From Pseudomonadota bacterium (GTDB taxonomy: Bacteria; Desulfobacterota; Desulfobacteria; Desulfobacterales; RPRI01), in NCBI GenBank assembly GCA_043825875.1, contig JBDRRF010000051.1, forward strand, positions 64,001 to 128,000: DNA of 64,000 nucleotides, written 5' to 3'. The notes beneath the pieces were generated by a model, which made no database searches, was not told the origin of the DNA, and saw only the letters and a list, made by a program, of their open reading frames with translations. The translations under genes were made by a program, and so were the position numbers. The number at the start of each line of letters is the position of its first letter. Positions within the stretch are counted from its first letter, which is position 1. Shown piece by piece: positions 39,379-47,979 of this stretch.

Positions 39379-39394
39379 TTCTAAATCTCTCTTT

Positions 39395-39982
39395 TTACGA
39401 AGCCGTCATAAATTGTTCAGGATACAGGTTTCTGTCAACAAGCTCGCAAAAAATATGCCCAAGCAGTATATGAACTTCCTGGATTCTGGCTGTTATATCG
39501 GATTCAACAGAAAATACCATATCCGCCAAAGAAGCGAGTTTGCCGCCACGGCCTGTAAACACAATGGTATATAAGCCGATTCTTTTTGCTGCTTCTACCG
39601 CCTTTATAATGTTTTTAGAATTGCCGCTTGTGCTTATTCCTATGGCAATATCAAATTGTTTGCCAAGCGCAAGAATCTGCTTTGAAAAGATATCATCGAA
39701 ACTATAATCATTTCCTATGCTGGTCAGTATGGAAGTATCGGTTGAAAGAGAAATAGCCGCAAGAGGTGGCCGTTCGATTTTAAACCGGTTTACAAATTCA
39801 GCCGCAATGTGCTGTGCATCTGCTGCGCTGCCTCCGTTTCCAAATATTAAAACTTTATGACCTGATACAATGCAATCCGATATTTTCCCGGCCCCATTGA
39901 TTATAAGATCTAAATTAGATTTTATGAATTTTCTTTTAAGTTCTATGCTTTCTTCAACTATATTTTCAATTATATTTTTCAT
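39395..39982 (-). CDS. gmhA: Phosphoheptose isomerase
   Basis: GNGGSAADAQH, GNDY, STSGNS, RIQEVH. Confidence 0.95.
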   Translation of the reverse strand: MKNIIENIVEESIELKRKFIKSNLDLIINGAGKISDCIVSGHKVLIFGNGGSAADAQHIAAEFVNRFKIERPPLAAISLSTDTSILTSIGNDYSFDDIFSKQILALGKQFDIAIGISTSGNSKNIIKAVEAAKRIGLYTIVFTGRGGKLASLADMVFSVESDITARIQEVHILLGHIFCELVDRNLYPEQFMTAS

Positions 39983-40061
39983 GATTTTTGGTCCTGCTCT
40001 ATGATTAGGATAATAAACAACTAGTTAAGGCAAAGACTTTGTTCAAATTGTTTTTAGCCAA

Positions 40062-40153
40062 AAGGGTCCAAGAGGTCAAGGATTCGAGGGATCAAGCTTT
40101 AAATATAAGTGGTAATTAACTTGAACCCTTGACCCCTTGAATCCTTGAATCCT
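40062..40153. repeat. 8-mer palindromic element, copy 4
   Basis: GGTCAAGGATTCGAGGGATCAAG ... CTTGAACCCTTGACCCCTTGAATCCTTGAATCC. Confidence 0.85.
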
Positions 40154-40166
40154 CAAATTATAAGCT

Positions 40167-41537
40167 TCAGGAAATAGTTGCTGACTTACTTTTTCTTATA
40201 CTTTTAATATACATCCGTGATTCACAGCCAAGCTGTTCAGCCTTTATAAACTCGGACAATGCTTCTTTAATAAGATTCTTCTTTTGATAAAGCCTTCCCA
40301 GTCTTTGCCTGAACAGGCCGTTATCCGGTTCTATCTCGACACTCTGACTGCAAAAAGCAAAAGAAACATCACTGTTTTTATTTTCCGTTTCATATAACCA
40401 GCCAAGAGAAGACAAAGAAGCCGCATCATCAGGATTAATTTTTATTGCTTTTTTATAAGCATCCTCGGCTTCATCCATCATACCTGTTGCAACAAAACTT
40501 TCTCCAAGATAAAATAGTGCAACGCTTGATTCCGGCTTTAAATTTGAGGCTTTTTCCAAATACTTTTTCCCTTCTTCGGTTTTCCCCAATTCAAGTAAAA
40601 GCTTTCCTGTCTGAAAATCAATTTCGAATAACTCTTCTCCAAGATCGCCAGCCTTAAGAAAATATTTTAAAGCTTTTTCACTTTTGCCTTCCAACTGATA
40701 AACAAGGCCTAAATTATAAAGAGGCATTATCTCTTTCGGTGCAAATCTTACCGCTTCCTTAAATTCCTTAATGGCTTTTACAAAATCTCCAAGGACTCCG
40801 TAACATACTCCAAGGCTGTTATGAACATTAACATTATCAGGATCAAACAAAAGAGCAGTCTTAAACTCTTTTATAGCTCCATCGATATCTCCATCCTGAT
40901 AAAGCTTGTCTCCGCTTATATTCAGGCTAACAGCGTCAAATGCTACTATGCTGCCCGGGCCGAAAAAATCTGAATGTGCAAGAGCCTTTTTGGCATTTAT
41001 GATTATGTCGTTTTTCCTGTATATAAAAGCAGGATAAGCTGCAATTCCGGTTGTCACCGAATTTGTTCCCGGTTTTTCAACATTTGCTTTGAATTTAACA
41101 GCATATTTTAAACATTCTGAAGCTTTTACATCGGGGAAATAGCATGCAAACTCAAATCGTGACAACCGCCCCCAAAACCCGTTTTCAGCTTTACAAATTT
41201 CATTAATTTCTCCGGCTATATCTGAAAGCACCTTATCCGTATCCACCGTTTTTTGATTTTGATCCGGCTCTTTAACATCATCAATACGAATTATCATAGT
41301 ACCAAAAGCAAGATATGGAGCAAGCTGTTTCATGGCATACTCCAAAAAAGTTTCTCCGCTTTGCATCTCTGGGAAAAGATTATTTAAAATATCTTTTTCA
41401 TCATCTTTTTCTTTTGTCTCAGCCGTGCGTGTAGATTTTAGCGAAGGTTTTAAATCAGCTTTTGAAAGTAAAAACTCCTTTGAACTGCTTCGGTGTTGAA
41501 ATAAATCGTCTTTTTTACTGATGTCAGTTTTTTTCAT
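40167..41537 (-). CDS. Degenerate GGDEF-like domain plus TPR repeat protein
   Basis: IRIDD..SVTTGIAAYP..AKKAL, then multiple TPRs (HNSLG, YNLG, FYLG). Confidence 0.8.
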   Translation of the reverse strand: MKKTDISKKDDLFQHRSSSKEFLLSKADLKPSLKSTRTAETKEKDDEKDILNNLFPEMQSGETFLEYAMKQLAPYLAFGTMIIRIDDVKEPDQNQKTVDTDKVLSDIAGEINEICKAENGFWGRLSRFEFACYFPDVKASECLKYAVKFKANVEKPGTNSVTTGIAAYPAFIYRKNDIIINAKKALAHSDFFGPGSIVAFDAVSLNISGDKLYQDGDIDGAIKEFKTALLFDPDNVNVHNSLGVCYGVLGDFVKAIKEFKEAVRFAPKEIMPLYNLGLVYQLEGKSEKALKYFLKAGDLGEELFEIDFQTGKLLLELGKTEEGKKYLEKASNLKPESSVALFYLGESFVATGMMDEAEDAYKKAIKINPDDAASLSSLGWLYETENKNSDVSFAFCSQSVEIEPDNGLFRQRLGRLYQKKNLIKEALSEFIKAEQLGCESRMYIKSIRKSKSATIS

Positions 41538-41539
41538 TA

Positions 41540-42961
41540 TTAATTCCTGTTTAAAATTGCGGTAACAGCATCTTTAATAATAACCAACTCATCTTCCTTA
41601 ACAGTTCTTAGATCTATAATAAAATTATCATCCTCAATCCTTCCTATTATTGGCGGTGTATTATTACGCATATTTTTCTCAATAGAATTTACCGACATAC
41701 CGGCAATTTTTATGGCAATACATTTTGAGGGAAGATTAACAAGCGGCAAAGATCCTCCACCTGCTTTAGAATCCATATCAACAGGTTTAATTGAAAGGGC
41801 CAAATTGTTTATACCGGAAAAAAGTTTAATAAGTTTTGCAGCACGTTTTTTTATTAGATTAATTGGAGTTGTCAACATAGAAAGCGTTGGAATAAGCTTT
41901 ACGGCTTTTTCAGGATCTCTATATAATCTGAGAGTGCTTTCAAGAGCAGCAAGAGTCAGTTTATCAATGCGAAGCGCTCTTGTTAAAGGATTCTTCTTAA
42001 TAACATCAATGATATCTTTCTTGCCAACTATGATTCCTGCCTGAGGGCCGCCTAACAATTTGTCTCCGCTAAAAGTTACTATGTCTGCTCCCGCCGATAC
42101 CGATTCCTGGACAGTCGGTTCTTTGGTAAGGCCGTACATTGAAAAATCGATAAAAGTACCGCTGCCCAAATCTTCCATAACAGGAATATTATATTTTGAG
42201 CCTAATAAAATAAGCTCCTTTAAATCAGCACTTTCTGTAAAACCTACAACACTGAAATTACTGGTATGAACCTTAAGCAACAGCCCTGTATCGCTTTCAA
42301 TTGCTTTTTCATAATCCTTAACACGGGTTCTGTTCGTAGTTCCGACTTCCTTTAAAATGGCTCCGCTTTTTGCAATAATATCAGGTATCCGAAACGATCC
42401 ACCAATCTCAACAAGCTCACCTCTTGATACTATTACTGTTTTACTTCTGGCCATTGTTTCAAGACATAACAAGACTGCTGCGGCATTATTGTTGACAGCC
42501 ATAGCAGCTTCTGCGCCGCTTAATTCACATAAAATTTCTTCAACACTGGCGTATCTGGTACCGCGCTCACCTTTATTAAGATCAAATTCAAGGTTCGAAT
42601 AATTTCCTGCAATCAAGCCAAGATTTTTTATGATATCGGCTGCAAGGATAGAACGGCCAAGATTTGTATGAATAACCACACCGGTCGCATTAATAACCTG
42701 CGTAAGATTAGGCGCCATTGACTTATTTGCGGCAAATTTTATTTTTTCCATAATAAGCGAATCGCTCAGATCTGTTTCGGCGGGAAGCTTTGTAACATCT
42801 AAAATTTCATTTCTTAATTTTCCAACAACTTTTCTTATAGATAAAAGAAGAACCGATCTCGGTATGTCATTAAAGGCAGGTTCCGTTTTTGAAAGTTCAA
42901 GAATATAGTCTACGCCGGGAAGCATTTTTAAGAGGTTTTGCTGTTTTTCATTTAATTCCAT
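41540..42961 (-). CDS. selA: L-seryl-tRNA(Sec) selenium transferase
   Basis: INATGVVIHTNLGR, VNNNAAA, EIGGSFR, SGDKLLGGPQAG. Confidence 0.97.
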   Translation of the reverse strand: MELNEKQQNLLKMLPGVDYILELSKTEPAFNDIPRSVLLLSIRKVVGKLRNEILDVTKLPAETDLSDSLIMEKIKFAANKSMAPNLTQVINATGVVIHTNLGRSILAADIIKNLGLIAGNYSNLEFDLNKGERGTRYASVEEILCELSGAEAAMAVNNNAAAVLLCLETMARSKTVIVSRGELVEIGGSFRIPDIIAKSGAILKEVGTTNRTRVKDYEKAIESDTGLLLKVHTSNFSVVGFTESADLKELILLGSKYNIPVMEDLGSGTFIDFSMYGLTKEPTVQESVSAGADIVTFSGDKLLGGPQAGIIVGKKDIIDVIKKNPLTRALRIDKLTLAALESTLRLYRDPEKAVKLIPTLSMLTTPINLIKKRAAKLIKLFSGINNLALSIKPVDMDSKAGGGSLPLVNLPSKCIAIKIAGMSVNSIEKNMRNNTPPIIGRIEDDNFIIDLRTVKEDELVIIKDAVTAILNRN

Positions 42962-43015
42962 ATCGTAATTTCCGATTATAAGCTTTATTTCTCCTTAAAT
43001 TATTATTTGCATGCT

Positions 43016-43516
43016 TCAGCCGCGCGAGGTACGAACGTCAGCTGGAAGCAATTGTTGGAGATTCTTGATTCGATTCATAAGTTCTGAAATCTTTGGGACC
43101 TCTTGATCGATCTCTGATACATGCTTGCCGATTAAAGAACCTCGGTTGATTTGAATTCGGTCGTGAAGAATCTGAAGTGCTCCGATAGGATAGGCTTCTT
43201 TCCTTTCTTCCATATAAGCGACCAATTTTTCAGTCTCGTCAATAGTCAGAGATAAATCCGTCACAAATCCGATCCAATCCTCATCCCTTTCGGAAGTCAG
43301 ATATTTGTCAGCTAATACAAAAATACTGGATTCTGTTTCTTTCTCTTTTAGATAGACTGGTCCTCCGCCGTGCATGCCCGAGTGAGGATAATACTCAACC
43401 CAGATCGTCTCAGATTCCTTTTCATTGTATTCTTTTCGCCAATTTTGCCGATCATCAAAGACTAATTCACAGGATCTCAAGATCCGTTTCTGATCTGACT
43501 GGTTTAGGACATACAT
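43016..43516 (-). CDS. Hypothetical protein (solitary cassette-like insertion)
   Basis: 166-aa ORF; minus-strand GTTGGAG ends 10 nt before the ATG. Confidence 0.65.
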   Translation of the reverse strand: MYVLNQSDQKRILRSCELVFDDRQNWRKEYNEKESETIWVEYYPHSGMHGGGPVYLKEKETESSIFVLADKYLTSERDEDWIGFVTDLSLTIDETEKLVAYMEERKEAYPIGALQILHDRIQINRGSLIGKHVSEIDQEVPKISELMNRIKNLQQLLPADVRTSRG

Positions 43517-43685
43517 TCTTTAGATCTCCAACAAATGTTATTATAATTCATGCCTTTTTTCAGACTTTTTACATACCATTTTATACTCAATTAATTCAAC
43601 ATTTTTCTTTACTGTTGCATATAAAACATAATTTAGTGTATGTAAGATTTAAGGTTATCTATCGGGGTTGGAATCGGGAGTTTAC

Positions 43686-44741
43686 ATGAAAAATATACTT
43701 GTTACAGGCGGATGCGGATTTATCGGATCAAATTTCATACGATATATTTTATCGGAAACCGGATTTGACGGGCGTATTGTAAACGTAGACAAGCTTACAT
43801 ATGCCGGAAACATGGAAAATCTATCGGGCATCAAAGAAGCTTTTCCTGATCGCTATTACTTTTCCAAAACCGATATTTGCGATCTTTCGGAGCTGACCGG
43901 TCTTTTTAAGACATATGATATTGATACAATATGTCATTTTGCCGCAGAATCACATGTTGACAGATCAATAACAAAACCCGGAGATTTTATCCGCACAAAT
44001 ATAGAAGGTACTTTTTGCCTTTTGGAGCTTGCAAGGCAATTTAAAGACAAGCTTGAACTCTTTCATCATGTGAGTACCGACGAAGTCTTTGGTTCACTCG
44101 GTGAATCAGGATACTTCACTGAAACAACACCATATAATCCCAGCAGCCCCTATTCTGCTTCCAAAGCTTCCTCAGACCACCTTGTAAGAGCTTATTCCAT
44201 AACCTACGGGATTCCTGTTACGATATCCAATTGCTCAAATAATTACGGGCCGTATCAATTTCCCGAAAAGCTTATCCCTCTGATGATTTTAAATGCCATA
44301 GGAAATGAACCGCTTCCGGTATATGGCCAAGGTGTTAATGTCCGCGACTGGCTTTATGTAATAGATCATTGCAAAGCCATATGGACGATAATGAAAAACG
44401 GGCGCAGAGGCGATACATATAATATAGGCGGAGACTGTGAAAAACGAAATATTGATGTAGTAAATATCATCTGCGACCTTGTGGATAAGTTGATTCCTTT
44501 AGAAAATACAACACCAAGAAAGAATTTGATAACTTTTGTAAAAGACAGGCCAGGGCATGATCTAAGATACGCAATAGATTTTACAAAACTTAAAAATGAG
44601 CTTGAATGGATACCATCAGAAACATTTGAATCAGGAATTGAAAAAACCATAAAATGGTATATTGATAATACAAATTGGGTGGCAAGGATCAAAAGCGGCG
44701 AATACAAAAAATGGATAAAACAACAATATGAAGACCGGTAA
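43686..44741 (+). CDS. rfbB: dTDP-glucose 4,6-dehydratase
   Basis: GGCGFIG, AAESHVDRS, STDEV, YSASK, DRPGHD. Confidence 0.96.
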   Translation: MKNILVTGGCGFIGSNFIRYILSETGFDGRIVNVDKLTYAGNMENLSGIKEAFPDRYYFSKTDICDLSELTGLFKTYDIDTICHFAAESHVDRSITKPGDFIRTNIEGTFCLLELARQFKDKLELFHHVSTDEVFGSLGESGYFTETTPYNPSSPYSASKASSDHLVRAYSITYGIPVTISNCSNNYGPYQFPEKLIPLMILNAIGNEPLPVYGQGVNVRDWLYVIDHCKAIWTIMKNGRRGDTYNIGGDCEKRNIDVVNIICDLVDKLIPLENTTPRKNLITFVKDRPGHDLRYAIDFTKLKNELEWIPSETFESGIEKTIKWYIDNTNWVARIKSGEYKKWIKQQYEDR

Positions 44742-44762
44742 CAAGATTATAGAGGCCTGAAT

Positions 44763-45482
44763 TTGAAAAGCGCAAAAGATTACATTATATTTCCTCTCGA
44801 TGTCCCATCGGTAAAAGATGCAAAACATTATGTAAAACTTCTTTCCAATCATGTTGGAATGTTTAAAATAGGGCTTGAACTTTTCATAAGGTCAGGACCT
44901 GATGTAGTAAAAATGATTAAAGATATAAGTAATGCAGGTATTTTTCTGGATCTTAAGCTGCATGATATACCAGAAACAGTAAAACGCTCTACAGAAAGCA
45001 TTGCCGATCTTGACGTGGATTTAACTACTGTTCATTGTGCCGAATCAAATGCAATGCTAAAAGCCGCTGTAGCGGGCTGCAAAGGTAAAGTGGCTATTCT
45101 TGGGGTAACCTTATTAACTAGTATATCTTCCAAGGACATCCGGGATGCCGGTTTTGAAAATCAATACTATGCCGATATTTCAAAGCTTGTTTTAAAAAAA
45201 GCTAAGATGGCAAAAGATGCAGGATGTAAAGGGGTAGTCTGCTCCGGGCTTGAAGTTATGATGATAAAAAAATCATTCGGCAAAGAATTTATCGCCGTAA
45301 CACCCGGCATAAGACCTGCATGGAGTTTATCGGAAAAAGACGACCAGAAGCGCGTTACAACACCTGCCGATGCAATAAAAAACGGCTCCGATTATCTTGT
45401 AATAGGAAGACCTGTAAGGGATGCAAAAAATCCTCTTGATGCAGCCATAATGACTGCGGAAGAAATTGAATCCGCACTGTAA
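44763..45482 (+). CDS. pyrF: Orotidine 5'-phosphate decarboxylase
   Basis: FKIGLELF, DLKLHDIPET, TPGIR, DDQKR, VIGR. Confidence 0.96.
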   Translation: MKSAKDYIIFPLDVPSVKDAKHYVKLLSNHVGMFKIGLELFIRSGPDVVKMIKDISNAGIFLDLKLHDIPETVKRSTESIADLDVDLTTVHCAESNAMLKAAVAGCKGKVAILGVTLLTSISSKDIRDAGFENQYYADISKLVLKKAKMAKDAGCKGVVCSGLEVMMIKKSFGKEFIAVTPGIRPAWSLSEKDDQKRVTTPADAIKNGSDYLVIGRPVRDAKNPLDAAIMTAEEIESAL

Positions 45483-45505
45483 TAAAGCAAATTAATTTGC
45501 CAATA

Positions 45506-45647
45506 GAGCCACTTTCAAAACGTTTCAGTTTGGTCAAGCTCAAGGCGGGAGGAAATTTCAACCACAGGAATACATTTAGTATTTCGAGGATTGAAATTTG
45601 AGCCCAACGCAGAGATCGGCCAAAATGGGGCATTTTGAAACTGGCTC
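45506..45647 (+). mobile_element. 142-bp MITE-like element, copy 3 (AATA target duplication)
   Basis: TIRs; AATA on both flanks. Confidence 0.9.
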
Positions 45648-45679
45648 AATATTAATAATCAATGCATGAGGTAGTAAGA

Positions 45680-47515
45680 ATGAATGACTACATTCAATAT
45701 TACGGCCTTTCAGAAAATCCGTTCGATATCTCGCCGGATTCAAAATTCTTCTTTCCTTCAGAAAGTCATAAGGAAGCTTTAGCCTCTTTGCTCTACGTAG
45801 TCAAGGAACGCAAAGGATTCATGCTGCTTATCGGCGAAGAAGGCTCTGGCAAAACCATTCTGGTAAACCACCTGATCAAGAGTTTGGATAATAATGAAAA
45901 TGTAGTCTATTTTTCGGATGGGAATCTTTCATACGAACAGATATTAAAGGAACTTCTGATCAAACTGAAGCTGTCACCTAAAAGAATCAATAAAGCTGCT
46001 ATGCTTTTTGAATTAAATGATTATTTAATACAAAATCTGGCTCTGGGGAAAAATCTGATTCTTATTATCGATGAAGCTCAAAACATTTCCGGGGATGTAT
46101 TGGAAGAACTGCGATTGACATCCAATCTGGAAACCAGCACATCAAAGCTTTTGCAAATAATTTTTGTGGGCAGGCCAAAACTCGAAGCCAAACTTAATAC
46201 CAGAGGCTTAAGGCAGCTAAAACAAAGGATCGGCACAATAGGTCGTATCACTCGTTTAAGCCCTGCGGAATCGATAGAATATATTAATCATCGATTACTG
46301 CATGCAGGATGTGATAGTACTGATATATTTTCATCAAAAGCACTTGCTTTAATTTGCAGGCATTCAGATGGCATCCCTATAAACATTAATCTTCTCTGCC
46401 ACAATGCCTTATTTAAAGGATTTGAATACTCAGAAAAACCAATCTTAGCTAAAACGATAAGAAAGATCCGCAATAAAGGCTATCTTTTAGAAGATAAACA
46501 AACAAAAGACGCTGTAACCGGGCATAAACAAAAACCCCGCTTCACATTCGCAAAACGGAAAGTATGGCTTAAAAGATCTCTTTATTTATGCCTTACTTTC
46601 GGATGCATAATGCTTGCAGTGTTGCTGGGTGAAAAACATCTGAATAACATCCCTGAAATCTCTAAATCATTAACTTATTTCAAACCAACCACTGTAAGTA
46701 AAAAAGTTCCCAAAAAAGTTAAAATAAAAGCCCCCGTTACAAAAAAAGTAATAACCGACGCTACAGTCATCGAGGAGGTTTTAGTACCTGAACCATTACC
46801 GGTTATACCTTTAATGGATAATCAGCCTGAACAAAATACTTCTGACACTTCTAATACTTCTGATACAGCTGACACTTCTGATATATCTGATACTTCTAAT
46901 ACTTCTGATACTTCTGATATTTCTGATATTTCTGATATTTCTGATATAGCTGACACTTCTAATACAGCTGATACAGCTGGCACTTCTGTTATTTCTGATA
47001 CAGCTGATACTTTTAATACAGCTGATACCGCTGATCTGAAAGATCCGCCCAGTGTACCGGAAACAAACGGGTTACGATATGAAAAAATTGTTACTATTAA
47101 TGAAGGAGATACTCTTTACCTCTTAATTCTAAACAATTATAATCTGGCAAACACAACACTGCTGGATATTATCATAGCATTCAACCCGGAAATCCCCAAT
47201 CCTGATCTGATTTTCTTAAATAGTAAAATTCGTATGCCGGAAATTACAGAATCAAATCTGATTGAAATATCATCTGATGGAAGCATCAATGCTCATCTTG
47301 GAACTTTTTCAACCCGCAAAAAAGCTGTAAATTACAAGAGTTTGATCAATATTACTGATAAGGAAATTGCAATTATACCCAAAACAGTACCACCCGACAA
47401 AACATGGTTCAGAGTTATTGCAGGGCCTTTTACTAATGAAGAAGATTGTTTGAAAATGCTTAAGGAATTAAGGCAAAAAGGGCTTCTGCCAGCTTTCGGA
47501 AAAATCTCAAATTGA
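45680..47515 (+). CDS. ExeA/GspA-like AAA ATPase with TM, low-complexity linker, LysM and SPOR domains
   Basis: YGLSENPF..PD, GEEGSGKT, IIDEAQ, GIPININLLC; EGDTL..NPEIPNPDLI; WFRVIAGPF. Confidence 0.88.
   Translation: MNDYIQYYGLSENPFDISPDSKFFFPSESHKEALASLLYVVKERKGFMLLIGEEGSGKTILVNHLIKSLDNNENVVYFSDGNLSYEQILKELLIKLKLSPKRINKAAMLFELNDYLIQNLALGKNLILIIDEAQNISGDVLEELRLTSNLETSTSKLLQIIFVGRPKLEAKLNTRGLRQLKQRIGTIGRITRLSPAESIEYINHRLLHAGCDSTDIFSSKALALICRHSDGIPININLLCHNALFKGFEYSEKPILAKTIRKIRNKGYLLEDKQTKDAVTGHKQKPRFTFAKRKVWLKRSLYLCLTFGCIMLAVLLGEKHLNNIPEISKSLTYFKPTTVSKKVPKKVKIKAPVTKKVITDATVIEEVLVPEPLPVIPLMDNQPEQNTSDTSNTSDTADTSDISDTSNTSDTSDISDISDISDIADTSNTADTAGTSVISDTADTFNTADTADLKDPPSVPETNGLRYEKIVTINEGDTLYLLILNNYNLANTTLLDIIIAFNPEIPNPDLIFLNSKIRMPEITESNLIEISSDGSINAHLGTFSTRKKAVNYKSLINITDKEIAIIPKTVPPDKTWFRVIAGPFTNEEDCLKMLKELRQKGLLPAFGKISN
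46838..47035 (+). repeat. Intragenic 9-bp tandem repeat (about 22 units; TSD/ISD/TAD tripeptides)
   Basis: ACTTCTGAT/ACAGCTGAT/ATTTCTGAT units. Confidence 0.9.
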
Positions 47516-47623
47516 AATAAATTTTCTGTCACAACTTAAAAAGGCCCAATTGAAGAATGGCGAATAGAAAAAAATAACGTTTAATGTGCAAGGACTCTTG
47601 TAACCGAAGTCAGGTTGAAAGGC

Positions 47624-47850
47624 TTAGCCAATTTTATTATACTTTGTCATCCGCCCATTTCTCACTGCTTCTATTTTTTTACTATCAACAAGTTGTTTTA
47701 AATCTCTGCTTTCTGTAACTGTCGATATTCCTTTATTTATCCTCATATATTCTTTTCTATCATTATAACTCCTTATGATTGTATCTATGAATGATAATCT
47801 GCAATTTCCACATTCATTGGCCCATTCCCGGTCCAAATGAAACAAATGCG
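47624..47850 (-). pseudogene. Chimeric remnant: higB 3' end/higA start joined to a Fic-type C-terminal HTH fragment
   Basis: 47761-47850 matches 51740-51829 with 5 mismatches in 90 nt; followed by RKEYMR..ISTVTESRDL..TKY. Confidence 0.65.
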
Positions 47851-47979
47851 CTGGGAAGAATCTTAACAAACAAAATTAAGCAAAAAAAGATTTTGCTTGT
47901 AAACAGGATAAATAAAAGTATGATAATATAATCAAGCCTTTTAAAAATTTATCATCAAGTTACTATCGGAGATACCCAT

